Source: the human T2T-CHM13v2.0 reference genome, Homo sapiens
Length of the DNA: 64,000 bases
Assembly: GCF_009914755.1 (NCBI RefSeq)
Contig: NC_060934.1
Strand: one strand, 5' to 3'
How positions within the stretch are numbered: position 1 is the first letter of the stretch; each line of letters starts with the position of its first letter. Below are positions 54,209 through 64,000 of the stretch, in pieces. Below the pieces are notes generated by a model. It did not search any database. It worked only from the letters and a program-made list of their open reading frames with translations, and was not told where the DNA came from. A program made the position numbers and the translations under genes.

Positions 54209-57200
54209 GGCTAATCTTTGAAATGGAAATATCTTCGTGTAAAAACTACACAGAATCATTCTCAGAAACTGCTTTGTCATCTGTGCGTTCAGTTCACAGA
54301 GTTTCACCTTTCTCTTCATAGAGCAGTTTGGAAAGACTCTGTCTGTAAAGTCTGCAAGTGATTAGTTAGACCCCTTTGAGGCCTTCGTTGGAAGCGGGAT
54401 TTCTCATTTACTGCTAGACAGAAGAATTCTCAGTAAATCCTTTGTGTTGTGTGTATTCAACTCACAGAGTGGAACCTTCCTTTATTCAGAGCAGTTTTGA
54501 AACACTCTTTTTGTGGAATTTGCAAGTGGAGATTTCAAGCGATTTGACGCCAATCTTAGACATGGAAATATCTTCATATTAAAAGTACACAGAGTCATTC
54601 GTAGAAACTAGTTTGTGATGTGTGCCTTCAACTCACAGAGTTTAACCTTTCTTTTCATAGAGCAGTTGGGAAACACTCTATTTGTAAAGTCTGCAAGTGG
54701 ATATTTGGACCTCTTTGAGGCCTTCGTTGGAAACGGGATTTCTTCATATAACGCTAGACAGAAGAATTCTCAATAACTTCTTTGTGTTGTGTGTATTCAA
54801 CTCACAGAGTTGAACCTTTCTTTAGAGGGAGCAGAGGTGAAACACTCTTTTTGTGGAATTTGCTGGTGTAGATTTCAAACGCTTCGAAGACAGTGATAGA
54901 AAAGGATATATCTTCGTATTAAAAGTAGACAAAATCATTCTCAGAAAACTCTTTGTGATGTGTGTGTTCAACTCACAGAGTTTAACCTTTCTTTAATCGA
55001 GCAGTTTGGAAATACACTCTTTGTAAGTCTGCAGGTGGATATTTGGCCCTCTTTGAGCCCTTCGTTGGAAACGGGATTTCCTCATATAATGCTAGACAGA
55101 AGAATTCTCAGTAACTTCTTTGTGTTGTTTGTATTCAACACACAGATTTGAACCTTCCTTTAGAGAGAGCAGATTTGAAACACTCTGTTTTTGGAATTTG
55201 CAAGTGCAGATTTCAAGCGCTTCTAGGCCTATGGCAGAAAAGGAAATATCTTCGTATAAAAACTACACAGAATCATTCTCAACAACTACTTTGTGATGTG
55301 TGCGTTCAACTCACAGAGTTTAACCTTTCTTTTCATAGAGCAGTTTGGAAACACTCTGTTTGTAAAGCCTGCAAGTGCTTTTTTGGACTTCATTGAGGCC
55401 TTCGTTGGAAACGGGATTTCTTCATATAATGCTAGACAGAAGAATTCTCAGTCCCTTCTTTGTGTTGTGTGTATTCAAGTCACAGAGTTGAACCTTCCTT
55501 TAGACAGAGCAGTTTTGAAAAATTCTTTCTGTGGAGTTTGCAAGTGGAGATTTCAAGCGATTTGAGGCTAATCTTTGAAATGGAAATATCTTCGTGTAAA
55601 AACTACACAGAATCATTCTCAGAAACTGCTTTGTCATCTGTGCGTTCAGTTCACAGAGTTTCACCTTTCTCTTCATAGAGCAGTTTGGAAAGACTCTGTC
55701 TGTAAAGTCTGCAAGTGATTAGTTAGACCCCTTTGAGGCCTTCGTTGGAAGCGGGATTTCTCATTTACTGCTAGACAGAAGAATTCTCAGTAAATCCTTT
55801 GTGTTGTGTGTATTCAACTCACAGAGTGGAACCTGCCTTTATTCAGAGCAGTTTTGAAACACTCTTTTTGTGGAATTTGCAAATGGAGATTTCAAGCGAT
55901 TTGACGCCAATCTTAGACATGGAAATATCTTCATATTAAAAGTACACAGAGTCATTCGTAGAAACTAGTTTGTGATGTGTGCCTTCAACTCACAGAGTTT
56001 AACCTTTCTTTTCATAGAGCAGTTGGGAAACACTCTATTTGTAAAGTCTGCAAGTGGATATTTGGACCTCTTTGATGCCTTCGTTGGAAACGGGATTTCT
56101 TCATATAACGCTAGACAGAAGAATTCTCAGTAACTTCTTTGTGTTGTGTGTATTCAACTCACAGAGTTGAACCTTTCTTTAGAGGGAGCAGAGGTGAAAC
56201 ACTCTTTTTGTGGAATTTGCTAGTGTAGATTTCAAACGCTTCGAAGACAGTGATAGAAAAGGATATATTTTCGTATTAAAAGTAGACAAAATCATTCTCA
56301 GAAAACTCTTTGTGATGTGTGTGTTCAACTCACAGAGTTTAACCTTTCTTTAATCGAGCAGTTTGGAAATACACTCTTTGTAAGTCTGCAGGTGGATATT
56401 TGGCCGTCTTTGAGCCCTTCGTTGGAAACGGGATTTCCTCATATAATGCTAGACAGAAGAATTCTCAGTAACTTCTTTGTGTTGTTTGTATTCAACACAC
56501 AGATTTGAACCTTCCTTTAGAGAGAGCAGATTTGAAACACTCTGTTTTTGGAATTTGCAAGTGCAGATTTCAAGCGCTTCTAGGCCTATGGCAGAAAAGG
56601 AAATATCTTCGTATAAAAACTACACAGAATCATTCTCAACAACTACTTTGTGATGTGTGCGTTCAACTCACAGAGTTTAACCTTTCTTTTCATAGAGCAG
56701 TTTGGAAACACTCTGTTTGGAAAGCCTGCAAGTGCTTTTTTGGACTTCATTGAGGCCTTCGTTGGAAACGGGATTTCTTCATATAATGCTAGACAGAAGA
56801 ATTCTCAGTCACTTCTTTGTGTTGTGTGTATTCAAGTCACAGAGTTGAACCTTCCTTTAGACAGAGCAGTTTTGAAAAATTCTTTCTGTGGAGTTTGCAA
56901 GTGGAGATTTCAAGCGATTTGAGGCTAATCTTTGAAATGGAAATATCTTCGTGTAAAAACTACACAGAATCATTCTCAGAAACTGCTTTGTCATCTGTGC
57001 GTTCAGTTCACAGAGTTTCACCTTTCTCTTCATAGAGCAGTTTGGAAAGACTCTGTCTGTAAAGTCTGCAAGTGATTAGTTAGACCCCTTTGAGGCCTTC
57101 GTTGGAAGCGGGATTTCTCATTTACTGCTAGACAGAAGAATTCTCAGTAAATCCTTTGTGTTGTGTGTATTCAACTCACAGAGTGGAACCTTCCTTTATT

Positions 57201-57941
57201 CAGAGCAGTTTTGAAACACTCTTTTTGTGGAATTTGCAAGTGGAGATTTCAAGCGATTTGACGCCAATCTTAGACATGGAAATATCTTCATATTAAAAGT
57301 ACACAGAGTCATTCGTAGAAAGTAGTTTGTGATGTGTGCCTTCAACTCACAGAGTTTAACCTTTCTTTTCATAGAGCAGTTGGGCAACACTCTATTTGTA
57401 AAGTCTGCAAGTGGATATTTGGACCTCTTTGAGGCCTTCGTTGGAAACGGGATTTCTTCATACAACGCTAGACAGAAGAATTCTCAGTAACTTCTTTGTG
57501 TTGTGTGTATTCAACTCACAGAGTTGAACCTTTCTTTAGAGAGAGCAGAGTTGAAACACTCTGTTTTTGGAATTTGCAACTGCAGATTTCAAGCGATTCT
57601 AGGCCTATGGCAGAAAAGGAAATATCTTCGTATAAAAACTACACAGAATCATTCTCAACAACTACTTTGTGATGTGTGCGTTCAACTCACAGAGTTTAAC
57701 CTTTCTTTTCATAGAGCAGTTTGGAAACACTCTGTTTGTAAAGCCTGCAAGTGCTTTTTTGGACTTCATTGAGGCCTTCGTTGGAAACGGGATTTCTTCA
57801 TGTAATGCTAGACAGAAGAATTCTCAGTCACTTCTTTGTGTTGTGTGTATTCAAGTCACAGAGTTGAACCTTCCTTTAGACAGAGCAGTTTTGAAAAATT
57901 CTTTCTGTGGAGTTTGCAAGTGGAGATTTCAAGCGATTTGA

Positions 57942-59300
57942 GGCTAATCTTTGAAATGGAAATATCTTCGTGTAAAAACTACACAGAATCATTCTCAGAA
58001 ACTGCTTTGTCATCTGTGCGTTCAGTTCACAGAGTTTCACCTTTCTCTTCATAGAGCAGTTTGGAAAGACTCTGTCTGTAAAGTCTGCAAGTGATTAGTT
58101 AGACCCCTTTGAGGCCTTCGTTGGAAGAGGGATTTCTCATTTACTGCTAGACAGAAGAATTCTCAGTAAATCCTTTGTGTTGTGTGTATTCATCTCACAG
58201 AGTGGAACCTTCCTTTATTCAGAGCAGTTTTGAAACACTCTTTTTGTGGAATTTGCAAGTGGAGATTTCAAGCGATTTGACGCCAATCTTAGACATGGAA
58301 ATATCTTCATATTAAAAGTACACAGAGTCATTCGTAGAAAGTAGTTTGTGATGTGTGCCTTCAACTCACAGAGTTTAACCTTTCTTTTCATAGAGCAGTT
58401 GGGCAACACTCTATTTGTAAAGTCTGCAAGTGGATATTTGGACCTCTTTGAGGCCTTCGTTGGAAACGGGATTTCTTCATATAACGCTAGACAGAAGAAT
58501 TCTCAGTAACTTCTTGGTGTTGTGTGTATTCAACTCACAGAGTTGAACCTTTCTTTAGAGGGAGCAGAGGTGAAACACTCTTTTTGTGGAATTTGCTAGT
58601 GTAGATTTCAAACGCTTCGAAGACAGTGATAGAAAAGGGTATATCTTCGTATTAAAAGTAGACAAAATCATTCTCAGAAAACTCTTTGTGATGTGTGTGT
58701 TCAACTCACAGAGTTTAACCTTTCTTTTCATAGAGCAGTTTGGAAACACTCTGTTTGTAAAGCCTGCAAGTGCTTTTTTGGACTTCATTGAGGCCTTCGT
58801 TGGAAACAGGATTTCTTCATACAACGCTAGACAGAAGAATTCTCAGTAACTTCTTTGTGTTGTGTGTATTCAACTCACAGAGTTGAACCTTTCTTTAGAG
58901 AGAGCAGAGTTGAAACACTCTGTTTTTGGAATTTGCAAGTTCAGATTTCAAGCGCTTCTAGGCCTATGGCAGAAAAGGAAATATCTTCGTATAAAAACTA
59001 CACAGAATCATTCTCAACAACTACTTTGTGATGTGTGCGTTCAACTCACAGAGTTTAACCTTTCTTTTCATAGAGCAGTTTGGAAACACTCTGTTTGTAA
59101 AGCCTGCAAGTGCTTTTTTGGACTTCATTGAGGCCTTCGTTGGAAACGGGATTTCTTCATATAATGCTAGACAGAAGAATTCTCAGTCACTTCTTTGTGT
59201 TGTGTGTATTCAAGTCACAGAGTTGAACCTTCCTTTAGACAGAGCAGTTTTGAAAAATTCTTTCTGTGGAGTTTGCAAGTGGAGATTTCAAGCGATTTGA
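57942..59300 (+). repeat. Recombinant 8-mer HOR variant (1359 bp)
   Basis: Spacing is 1359 rather than 1357 bp. The usual TTTAATCGAGC/GGCCCTC monomer is replaced at ~58728-58885 by a mosaic (AAAGCCTGCAAGTGCTTTTTTGGACTTCATTG...CATACAACGC). Confidence 0.87.
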
Positions 59301-62300
59301 GGCTAATCTTTGAAATGGAAATATCTTCGTGTAAAAACTACACAGAATCATTCTCAGAAACTGCTTTGTCATCTGTGCGTTCAGTTCACAGAGTTTCACC
59401 TTTCTCTTCATAGAGCAGTTTGGAAAGACTCTGTCTGTAAAGTCTGCAAGTGATTAGTTAGACCCCTTGGAGGCCTTCGTTGGAAGCGGGATTTCTCATT
59501 TACTGCTAGACAGAAGAATTCTCAGTAAATCCTTTGTGTTGTGTGTATTCAACTCACAGAGTGGAACCTTCCTTTATTCAGAGCAGTTTTGAAACACTCT
59601 TTTTGTGGAATTTGCAAGTGGAGATTTCAAGCGATTTGACGCCAATCTTAGACATGGAAATATCTTCATATTAAAAGTACACAGAGTCATTCGTAGAAAC
59701 TAGTTTGTGATGTGTGCCTTCAACTCACAGAGTTTAACCTTTCTTTTCATAGAGCAGTTGGGAAACACTCTATTTGTAAAGTCTGCAAGTGGATATTTGG
59801 ACCTCTTTGAGGCCTTCGTTGGAAACGGGATTTCTTCATATAACGCTAGACAGAAGAATTCTCAGTAACTTCTTTGTGTTGTGTGTATTCAACTCACAGA
59901 GTTGAACCTTTCTTTAGAGGGAGCAGAGGTGAAACACTCTTTTTGTGGAATTTGCTGGTGTAGATTTCAAACGCTTCGAAGACAGTGATAGAAAAGGATA
60001 TATCTTCGTATTAAAAGTAGACAAAATCATTCTCAGAAAACTCTTTGTGATGTGTGTGTTCAACTCACAGAGTTTAACCTTTCTTTAATCGAGCAGTTTG
60101 GAAATACACTCTTTGTAAGTCTGCAGGTGGATATTTGGCCCTCTTTGAGCCCTTCGTTGGAAACGGGATTTCCTCATATAATGCTAGACAGAAGAATTCT
60201 CAGTAACTTCTTTGTGTTGTTTGTATTCAACACACAGATTTGAACCTTCCTTTAGAGAGAGCAGATTTGAAACACTCTGTTTTTGGAATTTGCAAGTGCA
60301 GATTTCAAGCGCTTCTAGGCCTATGGCAGAAAAGGAAATATCTTCGTATAAAAACTACACAGAATCATTCTCAACAACTACTTTGTGATGTGTGCGTTCA
60401 ACTCACAGAGTTTAACCTTTCTTTTCATAGAGCAGTTTGGAAACACTCTGTTTGTAAAGCCTGCAAGTGCTTTTTTGGACTTCATTGAGGCCTTCGTTGG
60501 AAACGGGATTTCTTCATATAATGCTAGACAGAAGAATTCTCAGTCCCTTCTTTGTGTTGTGTGTATTCAAGTCACAGAGTTGAACCTTCCTTTAGACAGA
60601 GCAGTTTTGAAAAATTCTTTCTGTGGAGTTTGCAAGTGGAGATTTCAAGCGATTTGAGGCTAATCTTTGAAATGGAAATATCTTCGTGTAAAAACTACAC
60701 AGAATCATTCTCAGAAACTGCTTTGTCATCTGTGCGTTCAGTTCACAGAGTTTCACCTTTCTCTTCATAGAGCAGTTTGGAAAGACTCTGTCTGTAAAGT
60801 CTGCAAGTGATTAGTTAGACCCCTTTGAGGCCTTCGTTGGAAGCGGGATTTCTCATTTACTGCTAGACAGAAGAATTCTCAGTAAATCCTTTGTGTTGTG
60901 TGTATTCAACTCACAGGGTGGAACCTGCCTTTATTCAGAGCAGTTTTGAAACACTCTTTTTGTGGAATTTGCAAATGGAGATTTCAAGCGATTTGACGCC
61001 AATCTTAGACATGGAAATATCTTCATATTAAAAGTACACAGAGTCATTCGTAGAAACTAGTTTGTGATGTGTGCCTTCAACTCACAGAGTTTAACCTTTC
61101 TTTTCATAGAGCAGTTGGGAAACACTCTATTTGTAAAGTCTGCAAGTGGATATTTGGACCTCTTTGAGGCCTTCGTTGGAAACGGGATTTCTTCATATAA
61201 CGCTAGACAGAAGAATTCTCAGTAACTTCTTTGTGTTGTGTGTATTCAACTCACAGAGTTGAACCTTTCTTTAGAGGGAGCAGAGGTGAAACACTCTTTT
61301 TGTGGAATTTGCTAGTGTAGATTTCAAACGCTTCGAAGACAGTGATAGAAAAGGATATATTTTCGTATTAAAAGTAGACAAAATCATTCTCAGAAAACTC
61401 TTTGTGATGTGTGTGTTCAACTCACAGAGTTTAACCTTTCTTTAATCGAGCAGTTTGGAAATACACTCTTTGTAAGTCTGCAGGTGGATATTTGGCCGTC
61501 TTTGAGCCCTTCGTTGGAAACGGGATTTCCTCATATAATGCTAGACAGAAGAATTCTCAGTAACTTCTTTGTGTTGTTTGTATTCAACACACAGATTTGA
61601 ACCTTCCTTTAGAGAGAGCAGATTTGAAACACTCTGTTTTTGGAATTTGCAAGTGCAGATTTCAAGCGCTTCTAGGCCTATGGCAGAAAAGGAAATATCT
61701 TCGTATAAAAACTACACAGAATCATTCTCAACAACTACTTTGTGATGTGTGCATTCAACTCACAGAGTTTAACCTTTCTTTTCATAGAGCAGTTTGGAAA
61801 CACTCTGTTTGGAAAGCCTGCAAGTGCTTTTTTGGACTTCATTGTGGCCTTCGTTGGAAACGGGATTTCTTCATATAATGCTAGACAGAAGAATTCTCAG
61901 TCACTTCTTTGTGTTGTGTGTATTCAAGTCACAGAGTTGAACCTTCCTTTAGACAGAGCAGTTTTGAAAAATTCTTTCTGTGGAGTTTGCAAGTGGAGAT
62001 TTCAAGCGATTTGAGGCTAATCTTTGAAATGGAAATATCTTCGTGTAAAAACTACACAGAATCATTCTCAGAAACTGCTTTGTCATCTGTGCGTTCAGTT
62101 CACAGAGTTTCACCTTTCTCTTCATAGAGCAGTTTGGAAAGACTCTGTCTGTAAAGTCTGCAAGTGATTAGTTAGACCCCTTTGAGGCCTTCGTTGGAAG
62201 CGGGATTTCTCATTTACTGCTAGACAGAAGAATTCTCAGTAAATCCTTTGTGTTGTGTGTATTCAACTCACAGAGTGGAACCTTCCTTTATTCAGAGCAG

Positions 62301-64000
62301 TTTTGAAAAACACTTTTTGTGGAATTTGCAAGTGGAGATTTCAAGCGATTTGACGCCAATCTTAGACATGGAAATATCTTCATATTAAAAGTACACAGAG
62401 TCATTCGTAGAAACTAGTTTGTGATGTGTGCCTTCAACTCACAGAGTTTAACCTTTCTTTTCATAGAGCAGTTTGGAAACACTCTATTTGTAAAGTCTGC
62501 AAGTGGATATTTGGACCTCTTTGAGGCCTTCGTTGGAAACGGGATTTCTTCATACAACGCTAGACAGAAGAATTCTCAGTAACTTCTTTGTGTTGTGTGT
62601 ATTCAACTCACAGAGTTGAACCTTTCTTTAGAGAGAGCAGAGTTGAAACACTCTGTTTTTGGAATTTGCAACTGCAGATTTCAAGCGATTCTAGGCCTAT
62701 GGCAGAAAAGGAAATATCTTCGTATAAAAACTACACAGAATCATTCTCAACAACTACTTTGTGATGTGTGCGTTCAACTCACAGAGTTTAACCTTTCTTT
62801 TCATAGAGCAGTTTGGAAACACTCTGTTTGTAAAGCCTGCAAGTGCTTTTTTGGACTTCATTGAGGCCTTCGTTGGAAACGGGATTTCTTCATATAATGC
62901 TAGACAGAAGAATTCTCAGTCACTTCTTTGTGTTGTGTGTATTCACGTCACAGAGTTGAACCTTCCTTTAGACAGAGCAGTTTTGAAAAATTCTTTCTGT
63001 GTAATTTGCAAGTGGAGATTTCAAGCGATTTGAGGCTAATCTTTGAAATGGAAATATCTTCGTGTAAAAACTACACAGAATCATTCTCAGAAACTGCTTT
63101 GTCATCTGTGCGTTCAGTTCACAGAGTTTCACCTTTCTCTTCATAGAGCAGTTTGGAAAGACTCTGTCTGTAAAGTCTGCAAGTGATTAGTTAGACCCCT
63201 TTGAGGCCTTCGTTGGAAGCGGGATTTCTCATTTACTGCTAGACAGAAGAATTCTCAGTAAATCCTTTGTGTTGTGTGTATTCAACTCACAGAGTGGAAC
63301 CTTCCTTTATTCAGAGCAGTTTTGAAACACTCTTTTTGTGGAATTTGCAAGTGGAGATTTCAAGCGATTTGACGCCAATCTTAGACATGGAAATATCTTC
63401 ATATTAAAAGTACACAGAGTCATTCGTAGAAACTAGTTTGTGATGTGTGCCTTCAACTCACAGAGTTTAACCTTTCTTTTCATAGAGCAGTTGGGAAACA
63501 CTCTATTTGTAAAGTCTGCAAGTGGATATTTGGACCTCTTTGAGGCCTTCGTTGGAAACGGGATTTCTTCATATAACGCTAGACAGAAGAATTCTCAGTA
63601 ACTTCTTTGTGTTGTGTGTATTCAACTCACAGAGTTGAACCTTTCTTTAGAGGGAGCAGAGGTGAAACACTCTTTTTGTGGAATTTGCTAGTGTAGATTT
63701 CAAACGCTTCGAAGACAGTGATAGAAAAGGATATATCTTCGTATTAAAAGTAGACAAAATCATTCTCAGAAAACTCTTTGTGATGTGTGTGTTCAACTCA
63801 CAGAGTTTAACCTTTCTTTAATCGAGCAGTTTGGAAATACACTCTTTGTAAGTCTGCAGGTGGATATTTGGCCCTCTTTGAGCCCTTCGTTGGAAACGGG
63901 ATTTCCTCATATAATGCTAGACAGAAGAATTCTCAGTAACTTCTTTGTGTTGTTTGTATTCAACACACAGATTTGAAACTTTCTTTAGAGAGAGCAGAGT

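Larger units (their letters stand above)
1..64000 (+). repeat. Centromeric alpha-satellite higher-order repeat array, dimeric SF1 (J1/J2) type; probably human chromosome 10 D10Z1
   Basis: Continuous ~169-171-bp monomers with alphoid motifs (CATTCTCAGAAAC, TTCAACTCACAGAGTT, GAGCAGTTTGGAAACACTC). A CENP-B box sits in every second monomer and GAATTC recurs every ~340 bp. HOR periods are 1019 and 1357 bp, with a GTAC (RsaI) site in AAAAGTACACAG once per HOR. The alpha-satellite call is essentially certain; the chromosome assignment rests on recall of the mixed 6-mer/8-mer structure and is less certain (~0.75). Confidence 0.98.

Noticed and set aside
43274-58849. Sporadic minus-strand ORFs (MYEEIPF..., MFPNCSM...) and MEFAS... 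ORFs
   Set aside because: They arise from point changes that remove a stop (e.g. AAACTAG to AAACTGG or AAAGTAG) or from the recombinant monomer. They are not inversions or genes.
230-63033. Order of 6- and 8-mers as a code or Fibonacci-like quasi-periodic pattern
   Set aside because: The pattern breaks down after ~31 kb (8,8,8 then 6,6,6), and the overlapping duplications traced by SNPs explain it adequately.
65-63910. CRISPR-like appearance of a conserved short motif recurring at regular spacing
   Set aside because: The intervening sequences are themselves repeats rather than unique spacers, the period is ~340 bp, no cas genes are present, and the motif is the CENP-B box.
48-63976. The many 60-93 aa ORFs on the + strand (MMCAFNSQ..., MCIQLTEL..., MCCVYSSH..., MNLPLERA...)
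   Set aside because: They recur with the HOR period, overlap in different frames, mostly start at TTG/GTG, show no recognisable domain, and appear or vanish with single SNPs. They are chance open frames in satellite DNA; I used them only as spacing landmarks.
1-64000. Transposon (L1/Alu) insertion, inversion or foreign sequence hidden in the array
   Set aside because: All 52 landmark intervals are accounted for by whole numbers of monomers to within 4 bp, and all boxes read on the same strand. I saw no poly-A tail or target-site duplication.
1-64000. Assignment to other SF1 arrays (chr7 6-mer, chr12 8-mer, chr1/5/19 dimer)
   Set aside because: Interspersed 6- and 8-mers with one RsaI site per unit fit chromosome 10 better as I recall it. 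Alternatives are not formally excluded without alignment to reference HOR models.

Overview
The entire 64 kb is primate, almost certainly human, centromeric alpha-satellite DNA. It consists of about 377 head-to-tail ~170-bp monomers in one orientation, with no genes, transposon insertions or inversions that I can see. CENP-B-box monomers alternate with pJ-alpha-type monomers, and an EcoRI site recurs every ~340 bp, as in dimeric suprachromosomal family 1. The higher-order repeat (HOR) is a mixture of a 1357-bp 8-mer and a 1019-bp 6-mer, which best fits the chromosome 10 active array D10Z1 (from memory, not a search). Unit order, from the spacing of a once-per-HOR landmark between 230 and 63033: 6,8,6,8,6,6,8,6,8,(6,6,8)x5,6,8,6,8,8,8(-3 bp),6,6,6,8,6,8,6,6,8(+4 bp),10,7,8,10,10,7,8,8,6,8*(1359 bp),8,8,6. 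All listed ORFs are repeat artefacts. I found no new gene-encoded system. The interest lies in the readable record of array evolution: nested multi-kb duplications, a parity-breaking 7-mer whose likely un-deleted parent is still present, 10-mer variants, a templated insertion, and CENP-B box mutations confined to one half of the box.
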